The notes below the pieces were generated by a model that saw only the letters and a program-made list of their open reading frames with translations, was not told where the DNA came from and ran no database searches. Below, in pieces: positions 1 to 7,992 of a DNA stretch of 64,000 bases (position 1 is its first letter; each line of letters starts with the position of its first letter). The DNA comes from Bacteroidales bacterium (GTDB taxonomy: Bacteria > Bacteroidota > Bacteroidia > Bacteroidales > FEN-979): contig OY759717.1 of the NCBI GenBank assembly GCA_963662525.1, positions 915,436-979,435 on the forward strand. The letters are read 5' to 3'. Made by a program: the position numbers and the translations under genes.

Positions 1-560
1 CTGGTTTCCTTCAGGCCATCAGGACGGCTCTTGCCATCGAACTAAAAACCCGGATGAATGTCAACATGATCCATCAGCAGGAGAACGAACTGCTTACCCT
101 TGCATTCAAAGCATTCCGGACTGTCCCTAACCTGCAGATCCTGGCCGATTCAGTAGAAGACAGGCTGGGCGTGATATCGTTTTATATACCCGGAATCCAT
201 TATAACCTGATCGTTGGCATTCTCAGCGACCGCTTTGGTATACAGGTCAGAGGCGGCTGTGCATGTGCAGGTACTTACGGGCATTTCCTGCTGAATGTAA
301 GCCATGAGAAATCAAAAAAAATCACCGAGAAGATTAACCAGGGAGATCTTTCCGAAAAACCAGGCTGGGTAAGGGTTTCCTTACACCCAACCATGACTTC
401 GGAAGAAATACTTTTTATGGCAGATGCACTGAAACAAATTGAAAAAAACCACTGGGATTGGGAAAAAGATTACTCCTATAATAAACACACCAACGAATTT
501 CAGCATAAATCCAAAATTATCATTGAAAATCAGGCAGATAACTGGTTCCATCTGCAATAA
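1..560 (+). CDS. Class V aminotransferase / cysteine desulfurase-like PLP enzyme, C-terminal part (5' end outside window)
   Basis: Reading frame is open from the window edge (GFLQAIRTALAIELKTRMNV...). C-terminal domain motifs RGGCACAGTYGHFLL and VSLHPTMTSEE are typical of class V fold enzymes. Confidence 0.6.
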   Translation, partial: GFLQAIRTALAIELKTRMNVNMIHQQENELLTLAFKAFRTVPNLQILADSVEDRLGVISFYIPGIHYNLIVGILSDRFGIQVRGGCACAGTYGHFLLNVSHEKSKKITEKINQGDLSEKPGWVRVSLHPTMTSEEILFMADALKQIEKNHWDWEKDYSYNKHTNEFQHKSKIIIENQADNWFHLQ

Positions 561-640
561 TCGTTGCAGGTATTCTGTTATGGTGCAGACATATCGTTTT
601 TTTTTCTATTTTCGCAATCAAAACAAAGAAGACTCATTGG

Positions 641-892
641 ATGCATTGTCCAAACTACGGTAACTGCCAGCTGATTCATATTGCAGGATTCGTCGAATCT
701 GAATCACTTCGTGAAGAGTATATGCAATCCTACTGTACCAACCCTCAGGAACACTGGCAATGTTGTAAACGTTACCAAACCAATAGCGTCCTTCATTTTT
801 GTCCGGATTTTGTTTTTCCTGATACAACTTTAAACCTGAGCGAAATCTTGGACAAGTTTGATGAGGAACCTTTAAAAACAAATGATCTGTAA
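641..892 (+). CDS. Small cysteine-rich hypothetical protein (CPNYGNC ... YCTNPQEHWQCC ... FCPD)
   Basis: 83-aa ORF with 7 Cys, ending 10 nt before the dsrC-like start. I recognise no family. Confidence 0.35.
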   Translation: MHCPNYGNCQLIHIAGFVESESLREEYMQSYCTNPQEHWQCCKRYQTNSVLHFCPDFVFPDTTLNLSEILDKFDEEPLKTNDL

Positions 893-902
893 TAATATTA
901 TC

Positions 903-1220
903 ATGGCTACAATTGAAATTGAAGGAAAAATAATTGAAGTTGACGGAGATGGTTTTTTATCCGATCCGACCATCTGGAATAAAGAACTTGCAGCGGCCAT
1001 TGCAAGATTTGACGGAATCCAGGAAATGAATGAGAAACACTGGGCTATCGTAAAAATAATCCGTTCCAACTGGGAAGAAAAAGGGATGGCTCCCATGATC
1101 CGTGTAATTTGTCAGCAAACCGGCGTTAAACTTCGGGAAATATACGAGTTGTTTCCTCTTGGACCTGCCCGCGGTGCATGCCGGGTTGCCGGATTACCGA
1201 AACCCGATGGTTGTGTTTAA
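903..1220 (+). CDS. dsrC: DsrC/TusE-family sulfur relay protein, DsrC-type with both conserved cysteines
   Basis: C-terminus is ...GACRVAGLPKPDGCV: a penultimate Cys plus a second Cys 11 residues upstream, as in bona fide DsrC. ATG at 903 (MATIEIEGK) is preferred over 882. Confidence 0.8.
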   Translation: MATIEIEGKIIEVDGDGFLSDPTIWNKELAAAIARFDGIQEMNEKHWAIVKIIRSNWEEKGMAPMIRVICQQTGVKLREIYELFPLGPARGACRVAGLPKPDGCV

Positions 1221-1234
1221 AATAAAAAGGTAGT

Positions 1235-1858
1235 ATGCATTGGTTTCAATTCCTCGCACTGCTCTCTTTAGCAGTATGTATTTCCTGTACATTATATCAC
1301 CTGATCCGGCTGATCCGCTTAGGCAAACCCCTGGATTATGCTCCATCTTCCGGTAAAACCTTACCAGCCATTCAGTATTCCTTCACAGGCGCCATGAGTC
1401 CTTTGAAAAAAGAATCTGCCTTCCTGCATCTCCCGACATACACTGCAGGTATACTGTACCATCTGGGAACCTTTCTTTCCATTCTGTTATTCTTCCTCTT
1501 CCTGGTTCAGATGACAATTCCGGCCAGTCTTGCTTATTTCTTTTCCGGATTTCTTCTCATCACTACAGTATGCGGAACCGGCATTCTGATCAAACGCCTT
1601 GCAAAAAAAGAACTTCGCAGCCTTTCAAGTCCCGACGATTATTTCTCTAACCTCCTGGTGACCCTTTTTCAATTGCTAACAAGCCTGCTCTTTTTCTTTC
1701 CATCCGTTCTGCCTTTCTACTATATCCTGACAAGTATCCTCCTCCTTTATTTCCCTATCGGGAAACTGAAACATGCTATTTATTTTTTTGCTGCCCGTTA
1801 TCATCTCGGCTTATTTTACGGACGGAGGGGAGTTTGGCCTCCAAAAAATTTATCATGA
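1235..1858 (+). CDS. Integral membrane protein, NarI/DsrM/HdrE-like putative di-heme b quinone-interacting subunit
   Basis: About 5 hydrophobic helices. His pairs sit in helix 2 (FLH...LYH) and helix 5 (KH...YH). Its stop overlaps the next gene's ATG (ATGA at 1855), and that gene is DsrK/HdrD-like. Confidence 0.45.
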   Translation: MHWFQFLALLSLAVCISCTLYHLIRLIRLGKPLDYAPSSGKTLPAIQYSFTGAMSPLKKESAFLHLPTYTAGILYHLGTFLSILLFFLFLVQMTIPASLAYFFSGFLLITTVCGTGILIKRLAKKELRSLSSPDDYFSNLLVTLFQLLTSLLFFFPSVLPFYYILTSILLLYFPIGKLKHAIYFFAARYHLGLFYGRRGVWPPKNLS

Positions 1859-3162
1859 CAACTCAGATGGGAACATTGAACGAAGAAACGGTAACAAAAG
1901 GACTGGAGGTTTTCGAAAACCTCTCCGACAGCAAGCTGATCACCCATCTCAATAGTTGTGTCCATTGCGGACTATGCGCGGAAAGTTGCATCTATTTTCT
2001 AGTTACAAAAGATGAACGCCTTACTCCAGCCAGGAAAGTAGATATCGTCTCATCCGTCTATCGCCGATATCATACTTTTACCGGAAAAGTATTTCCGTCT
2101 CTGGTTAATGCCCGTGACCTGGATGACGAAACCGCAAAAGAAATGGTGGATCTGCTCTTCGGCGCCTGTACAATGTGCGGCCGCTGTACATCACACTGCT
2201 CTATTGGCGTGGATATTACTTATCTCGTCAGGACCGGCAGGACCATGCTTTCAAATATGGGAATGGTCCCTGCAAGCCTTCAATCGACCGTCAATGCCGC
2301 TATTGATTCCGGCAACAACATGAGTATCCCAACTGAAGAGTTTGTAGATACCTTGAAATGGATGGAGGAAGAACTCATCGATGAAGTGAACGATCCCCGG
2401 GCTGTTATTCCAATCGATGAACCCGGTAAACGGATACTTTATACCCTGAATCCAAGAGAACCAAAATTCTATCCCCTCTCCATTGCTGCCATGGCAAAGA
2501 TATTTTTTGCTGCCGGAGAAAGCTGGACTTTATCGACAAAAATGTATGATGTTACCAATTATGCCTATTTCAGCGGAAACACGGATGAAGCCAGGATTAT
2601 CGCCGACAGGCTGCGGAAGGAAATGGAATCACTGAAATCACAAACCCTCGTTCTGGCAGAATGCGGACACGGATCCAGAGCTTTCCGCTGGGAAGCTCCG
2701 AATTATTTAAGGGATCATTTTCCTTTCGAAGTCACTACCAGCGTGGAAATCATTGCCAAATATATCCGTGAAGGCAGGATAAAACTCAACCCGGAAAAAA
2801 TAAAAGATATTGTCACTCTCCACGATCCCTGTAACCTGGTCAGAAGCGGAGGAATACTCCTCGAACAACGGTATGTATTACATCAGTTTCTGCACAACTT
2901 TGTCGAAATGACCCCACATGGAAACGACAACCATTGTTGCGGTGGAGGTGGCGGTCAGCTAGCCATGAGTGAATACAACGACAGACGACTGAAAATTGCC
3001 GAGATCAAAGCGGAACAGATCCGAAAAACAGGAGCAAAGGTTGTTGTAACCCCCTGTCATAACTGCGTTGACCAGCTGACACAAATCAATGTGACTTTCC
3101 AACTCGGAGTGCAGATAAAAACACTGGCAGAAATCGTTGCCGATGCCATTCTTCTGGATTGA
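1855..3162 (+). CDS. DsrK/HdrD-like Fe-S oxidoreductase (2x[4Fe-4S] + CCG domain)
   Basis: Ferredoxin motifs CVHCGLCAESC and CTMCGRCTSHC are followed by CCG-domain cysteines (HDPCN, HCCGGGGG, TPCHNC). The track start 1834 is a TTG; ATG 1855 overlaps the upstream stop. Confidence 0.75.
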   Translation: MTTQMGTLNEETVTKGLEVFENLSDSKLITHLNSCVHCGLCAESCIYFLVTKDERLTPARKVDIVSSVYRRYHTFTGKVFPSLVNARDLDDETAKEMVDLLFGACTMCGRCTSHCSIGVDITYLVRTGRTMLSNMGMVPASLQSTVNAAIDSGNNMSIPTEEFVDTLKWMEEELIDEVNDPRAVIPIDEPGKRILYTLNPREPKFYPLSIAAMAKIFFAAGESWTLSTKMYDVTNYAYFSGNTDEARIIADRLRKEMESLKSQTLVLAECGHGSRAFRWEAPNYLRDHFPFEVTTSVEIIAKYIREGRIKLNPEKIKDIVTLHDPCNLVRSGGILLEQRYVLHQFLHNFVEMTPHGNDNHCCGGGGGQLAMSEYNDRRLKIAEIKAEQIRKTGAKVVVTPCHNCVDQLTQINVTFQLGVQIKTLAEIVADAILLD

Positions 3163-3202
3163 TATTTCTGAAACGTGAAAAACACAGCATAATACAAAAT
3201 TT

Positions 3203-4363
3203 ATGAGCGACCTGATCTACCTCGACAATTCCGCAACAACTTTCCCAAAACCGGATGCGGTCTATGATTTCATGTACAACTTCTATAAAAAACACGGAGT
3301 AAGTCCGGGACGCTCAGGCTTCGATGCAGCTTTAGAAACTGAAGAAGTGGTTCATAAAACCCGCAAAATGCTGACAGATCTCTTTCATGGAGATGATCCG
3401 AACAGGTTGACCTTCAGCTATAATGCCAGTGATTCCCTGAATATGATCCTGCAGGGTCTTGCCGAGAAAGGCGATCATGTGATCACGACCATGCTGGAGC
3501 ATAATTCTGTGTTGCGGCCATTGCATCACCTGCATATCAATGGCATCATTGAATTAACGCATATCCCTTTCGACCATCATGGTTATGTGGATCCGGATGA
3601 CATTAAAAAGGCAATACAGACAAATACCCGGATGGTAGTGGTTAACCATTGTTCCAATGTTATCGGAACCGTTCAACCCCTAGCGGCCATCGGAAAGATC
3701 TGTAAAGATGCTGGCGTTCTGTTTATCGTTGACAGCAGCCAAAGCGCCGGAGCCATCCCTATCGATATGAAAGTCATGAATATCGATGTGCTGGTTTTTA
3801 CCGGTCATAAATGTCTGATGGGACCTACCGGTATCGGTGGTTCCTATGTAATGGAAAATGTACCGGTGAAGGGAACCCGTTTTGGCGGAACCGGAGTGCG
3901 CTCTGCCCAAAAAACACATCTGGTTGAATTCCCCTACCGCCTTGAATGCGGCACCCTCAACCTGGTGGGTGTTGCCGGTCTCCATGCGGGATTGAAATGG
4001 GTGCTGGAACAAGGCATAGAAAACCTCCACCAACAGGAGATACTCCTTTGGGATAAACTCAGGAAAGGCGTTCAGGATATTGAAAATATAATCACATATT
4101 GCGCCGAAAGTACTGAAAACCAAAATCCTGTACTGAGCCTTAACATCAAAGGATTCGAATCAGGCGATGTGGGGACCATGCTGGACGTAGACTATAATAT
4201 CGCCTGCCGTACCGGATTGCAATGTGCTCCCCTGGTCCATGTTGGAATCGGCACTGATAAAATTCATGGAACCGTGCGTCTGAGCGTCGGTCCTTTCAAT
4301 ACTGAAGCCCATATCGATGCTGCCATCCAGGCAATCAGTGAGATCGCTTCTATCCGGAGATAG
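3203..4363 (+). CDS. Cysteine desulfurase (class V aminotransferase, NifS/CsdA-like)
   Basis: IYLDNSATT N-terminus, PLP-lysine motif FTGHKCLMGPTGIGG and active-site loop ACRTGLQCAP. Confidence 0.8.
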   Translation: MSDLIYLDNSATTFPKPDAVYDFMYNFYKKHGVSPGRSGFDAALETEEVVHKTRKMLTDLFHGDDPNRLTFSYNASDSLNMILQGLAEKGDHVITTMLEHNSVLRPLHHLHINGIIELTHIPFDHHGYVDPDDIKKAIQTNTRMVVVNHCSNVIGTVQPLAAIGKICKDAGVLFIVDSSQSAGAIPIDMKVMNIDVLVFTGHKCLMGPTGIGGSYVMENVPVKGTRFGGTGVRSAQKTHLVEFPYRLECGTLNLVGVAGLHAGLKWVLEQGIENLHQQEILLWDKLRKGVQDIENIITYCAESTENQNPVLSLNIKGFESGDVGTMLDVDYNIACRTGLQCAPLVHVGIGTDKIHGTVRLSVGPFNTEAHIDAAIQAISEIASIRR

Positions 4364-4383
4364 ATTTAAATAAATTATTTTTA

Positions 4384-4402
4384 AATCGCTTTAATATCAC
4401 TA
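4384..4402 (+). promoter_or_regulatory. Conserved 19-nt box AATCGCTTTAATATCACTA upstream of the thioredoxin gene (copy 1 of 3)
   Basis: Near-identical copies occur at 32327-32345 and 36734-36752, all in the same orientation upstream of + strand genes. A TAtcTTTG -7 box lies at 4418-4425. Confidence 0.6.
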
Positions 4403-4438
4403 TTTCGAATTTCTTTTTATCTTTGTAAAAAAATCGTT

Positions 4439-4864
4439 ATGGTGATCACTTTTATTATTCTTGGAATTATCGTGTTAACCCTGGGAGTTCTGATCTTCCG
4501 TGCCATGCATAAAATGAAAAACCTGAAGGACATTCAGGAAAGTGAAAAAATCCTGATTCTGACCGATCAGAATTTTTCAGATAAAATAAAAAGCGGAGTG
4601 GTATTGGTGGATTTCTGGGCCTCCTGGTGCATGCCCTGTAAATTGATGGTCCCGGTACTGAATGAACTGGCAGAGGAACCAGATCTGAAGGTTACCATCG
4701 CCAAAGTTAATGTAGATGAAGCAAAAGCGACCGCTTCTAAATTCAATATCCGTAGTATTCCAACTATTGTTCTGTTTAAAAACGGTAAAGAAATCCATCG
4801 TTTCGTGGGTGTAAAAACAAAAGATTACCTGCTCAGGGAACTCGACCGCAGAACAAAGTTATAA
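4439..4864 (+). CDS. Membrane-anchored thioredoxin
   Basis: Single N-terminal TM helix followed by a thioredoxin fold with WASWCMPCK (WCxPC). Confidence 0.85.
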   Translation: MVITFIILGIIVLTLGVLIFRAMHKMKNLKDIQESEKILILTDQNFSDKIKSGVVLVDFWASWCMPCKLMVPVLNELAEEPDLKVTIAKVNVDEAKATASKFNIRSIPTIVLFKNGKEIHRFVGVKTKDYLLRELDRRTKL

Positions 4865-4919
4865 TCCATCAGGCGTTGAAATAGAAAAATCTATATATTT
4901 GTGATATAGCATTTTTCCT

Positions 4920-6377
4920 ATGTCAAAAATCCTCATTCTCGGTGCCGGTATTTCCGGTCATACTGCTGCCACTATCCTGAAACGAAAATTGGGTAAAAAG
5001 CATGATGTTATCGTTGTTTCGCCCAATAAGTATTATCAATGGATCCCTTCCAATATATGGGTAGGCGTAGGAGAAATGTCGGTGGATCAGGTCAGGTTTG
5101 AACTGAAACCCGTATATGATAAAATGAAGATCATTTATCATCAGGCTAAAACCCTTGCCCTTTATCCAGAAGGGAATTCTGAACATGCCGGTCCGTTTGT
5201 GAAAATTGCTTACACCGATGAGCAGAATGCTGGAAAAAATGCTGAAATTGAATATGATTTTTGTATTAATGCTACCGGACCGAAATTAAATTTTGAAGCC
5301 ACGGAAGGCCTCGGACCTGAAAAATACAGCAATTCCGTCTGTACTTATAGCCATGCTTCCAAAAGCTGGAAAGACCTGCAGGAATGTATGGCAAAAATGG
5401 AGCAAGGTGAAAAGCAGCATATCCTTATTGGGATAGGCCATCCGACAGCTACCTGCCAGGGAGCTGCATTTGAATATATCCTCAATGTAGCCAACCAGAT
5501 CAGGAAAAGGAACTTGTCATCCATGGCTGAAATTACCTGGATCACCAATGAATTCGAACTGGGTGATTTCGGAATGGGAGGAGCCTTTGTCAAACGGGGA
5601 GGATATATCACCTCAACTAAAATTTTCACAGAATCCATTCTTGCCGAATATGGTATCCGTTGGATACGTCAGGCGGGGATAAAAAGACTGGAACCCGGAA
5701 AAGCTTTTTATGAAACCCTCGACGGGGAAAATCATGAAATTGAATTCGATTTCTCCATGCTTATCCCTGCATTCAGCGGTGTCGGGTTGAAAGCATATAA
5801 TAGATCGGAAGAAGATATCTCTGCGAATGTTTTTGCACCCAGCGGTTTCCAGAAAGTGGATGCAGATTACACACCGAAATCTTTTGAGGAATGGAAAGTG
5901 GAAGATTGGCCTTCAGTATATCAGAATCCTGTTTACCCGAAACTGTTTGCCACCGGTATTGCTTTTGCCCCTCCGCATCCGATCTCCAAACCCATGAGGA
6001 GTAAAAACGGGACGATAATCGCTCCGACTCCTCCCCGTACCGGCATGCCCAGCGGAGTTACCGGAAAAATAGTGGCCCTGAACATTGTTGACCAGATAAA
6101 AACCGGTAATACCAATTTCCATCACAAAGCCTCGATGGGAAAAATGGGTGCAGCCTGTATTGTCTCCGTCAATTATGGCATGACAAAAGGAATGGCCGCC
6201 ACCATGACCGTATTTCCTATTGTTCCCGACTGGGAAAAATATCCTGATTGGGGTAGAGACTTGAGCTATACCGTCGGGGAACCCGGTCTTGCCGGCCACT
6301 GGATTAAACTACTGCTCCATTTTATGTTCCTTTATAAAGCCAAATGCAAGCCTTTCTGGTGGATGATTCCTGAATAG
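4920..6377 (+). CDS. sqr: Sulfide:quinone oxidoreductase family flavoprotein
   Basis: Rossmann N-terminus KILILGAGISGHTAA. Candidate redox cysteines in TATCQGAAFEY and GKMGAACIVS. Amphipathic C-terminal tail. A TAtaTTTG box lies at 4894-4901. Confidence 0.7.
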   Translation: MSKILILGAGISGHTAATILKRKLGKKHDVIVVSPNKYYQWIPSNIWVGVGEMSVDQVRFELKPVYDKMKIIYHQAKTLALYPEGNSEHAGPFVKIAYTDEQNAGKNAEIEYDFCINATGPKLNFEATEGLGPEKYSNSVCTYSHASKSWKDLQECMAKMEQGEKQHILIGIGHPTATCQGAAFEYILNVANQIRKRNLSSMAEITWITNEFELGDFGMGGAFVKRGGYITSTKIFTESILAEYGIRWIRQAGIKRLEPGKAFYETLDGENHEIEFDFSMLIPAFSGVGLKAYNRSEEDISANVFAPSGFQKVDADYTPKSFEEWKVEDWPSVYQNPVYPKLFATGIAFAPPHPISKPMRSKNGTIIAPTPPRTGMPSGVTGKIVALNIVDQIKTGNTNFHHKASMGKMGAACIVSVNYGMTKGMAATMTVFPIVPDWEKYPDWGRDLSYTVGEPGLAGHWIKLLLHFMFLYKAKCKPFWWMIPE

Positions 6378-6573
6378 ATCCAGTATATATAAAAATGATC
6401 ATGATGCAACCCAACAAAGTCAAAGGATATTACGAAGAAGCCTATCCTCCCCTTCCAACCAAAACTACACGGAATCTCCGTAAAAATCTTATTTTCCAGT
6501 TTTACAGATTCATTGTACTTAATTTGAAAATGATGCGGATTATTGTTGGCGGTCATTCATAATTTTTACCCTC

Positions 6574-6966
6574 ATGACCTTGTACCAAAGGTTATCAAAA
6601 CAGATCCGTTTCGACCGGAATGAATTTTCCGGGGCATTCGGTGACATTGGAACCGACCTGCCTTTAATCATTGGAATGATCATTGCCAGTGGCCTGGATA
6701 GCGCCAGCGTCCTGATCATCTATGGAGCCATGCAGGTAATCACCGCCCTTATCAATGGCGGTGGTCTGGCAATCGGATTTGAGGAACTTGCCCTGATGGT
6801 ATTTATCAAAGATATCATAGATTCCAAAAAGAGTTTCTTTATCGCTTTGCTGATGGCCCTGATATGTTGCGGCCTACCCTATGGTTACCTGGTTGGAATG
6901 ATTGTCGGAACTGTATTATTTTATATCTCCGATAAAAATATCAGAAATTATCTTAAAATACCCTGA
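6574..6966 (+). pseudogene. Truncated MOT1/SulP-like putative sulfate/molybdate transporter (only ~130 aa remain)
   Basis: The N-terminus RFDRNEFSGAFGDIGTDLPLIIGMIIASGLD matches the start of ~390-aa transporters as I remember them. The central part is missing and the ORF joins directly to a C-terminal-like helix. Confidence 0.4.
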
Positions 6967-6971
6967 TATCA

Positions 6972-7466
6972 ATGTCACTTCCGGTGTATAATAATATTAT
7001 TTTGATCAGTGGCAGCGACCGCAATGTGGGAAAAACGTTTTTCGCCTGCGAACTGATCAGGAAATTCAGGCATCTGCCGCTGGTCGGAATAAAAATATCA
7101 CCCCATTGGCATGAAATTGATCATCCGGAAAATATCCTGATCCAAAATGAATATTTTCTGATATTACATGAGACCATTGCAGATGGCAGGAAAGACAGTT
7201 CAAAAATGCTGAACAGCGGAGCTGAAAGGGTATATTATCTTCAGTCCGATGATGAGCATTTGAAAACCGCTTTCGATTATCTGAATGATCACTATATTAA
7301 GGGAAAACCTGCTGTTTGCGAATCAGCCGCCCTGAGTAAATTTATTACCCCGGCTGCACATCTCAGGATTACTGAACATACAGAGAAGGGAAAAATTGAT
7401 ATTATTCTCAATCGAATTTTTATTATGAAAAATCATTGGTCTTATACTAATCTTACTAAAATTTAA
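6972..7466 (+). CDS. Hypothetical protein, MobB-like with degenerate P-loop
   Basis: ILISGSDRNVGKTFFACELI...VGIKISPHWHEID resembles the MobB pattern (GKT ... iKHxHH.fd.D), but the first Walker A glycine is not conserved. Confidence 0.3.
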   Translation: MSLPVYNNIILISGSDRNVGKTFFACELIRKFRHLPLVGIKISPHWHEIDHPENILIQNEYFLILHETIADGRKDSSKMLNSGAERVYYLQSDDEHLKTAFDYLNDHYIKGKPAVCESAALSKFITPAAHLRITEHTEKGKIDIILNRIFIMKNHWSYTNLTKI

Positions 7467-7491
7467 AAATCTATTCACAAAAAAACAATGT

Positions 7492-7968
7492 ATGAAACAA
7501 TTATCATTTATTCTTATCGCACTGATAGGCTTATTTGCCTGTAATCAACCCAAGGAAAAAACGATTATGCACGAAGGAATGCAGGTGGATCAAACGGTTC
7601 CCGCATGCTGTGTGAAAGACGGTATTTTTATTCATATTTCAGCGGGCTATGATAACCCACATAAAGCGTTAATGCCACTGAAAATGGCCATGATGATGGC
7701 CAAGGATAAAGATGTTATCCTTTATCTCGATATTGAAGCCGTGAAAATGGTTTTAAAAGATTCCAAAGACATGAAATTTGCCGATTTCCCTCCGCTGAAA
7801 GAATTGTTGAAACATTTGATTGACGCCAAAATCACCATCATGGCTTGTCCGACATGTTTAAAAATAGCAGGGAAAACAGGAGATGACCTGATGCCTGGCG
7901 TCATGGTAGCTGAAAAAGAGAAATTTTTCAATTTCACCAAAGGAAGGATAATAACCCTTGACTATTAA
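7492..7968 (+). CDS. DsrE/DsrF-like family lipoprotein
   Basis: Lipobox LIGLFAC. The DsrE-like fold signature shows as GIFIHISAG...PLKMAMMMA...ITIMACPTCLKIAG. Confidence 0.55.
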   Translation: MKQLSFILIALIGLFACNQPKEKTIMHEGMQVDQTVPACCVKDGIFIHISAGYDNPHKALMPLKMAMMMAKDKDVILYLDIEAVKMVLKDSKDMKFADFPPLKELLKHLIDAKITIMACPTCLKIAGKTGDDLMPGVMVAEKEKFFNFTKGRIITLDY

Positions 7969-7992
7969 ATAAGAAGATTATGGAAGGGTTTT

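Noticed and set aside
882-902. Upstream ATG at 882 as the dsrC start (MICNNIIM...).
   Set aside because: It overlaps the preceding ORF's stop and adds a non-conserved 7-residue leader. DsrC-family proteins typically start close to the MA..IE.. motif found at 903.
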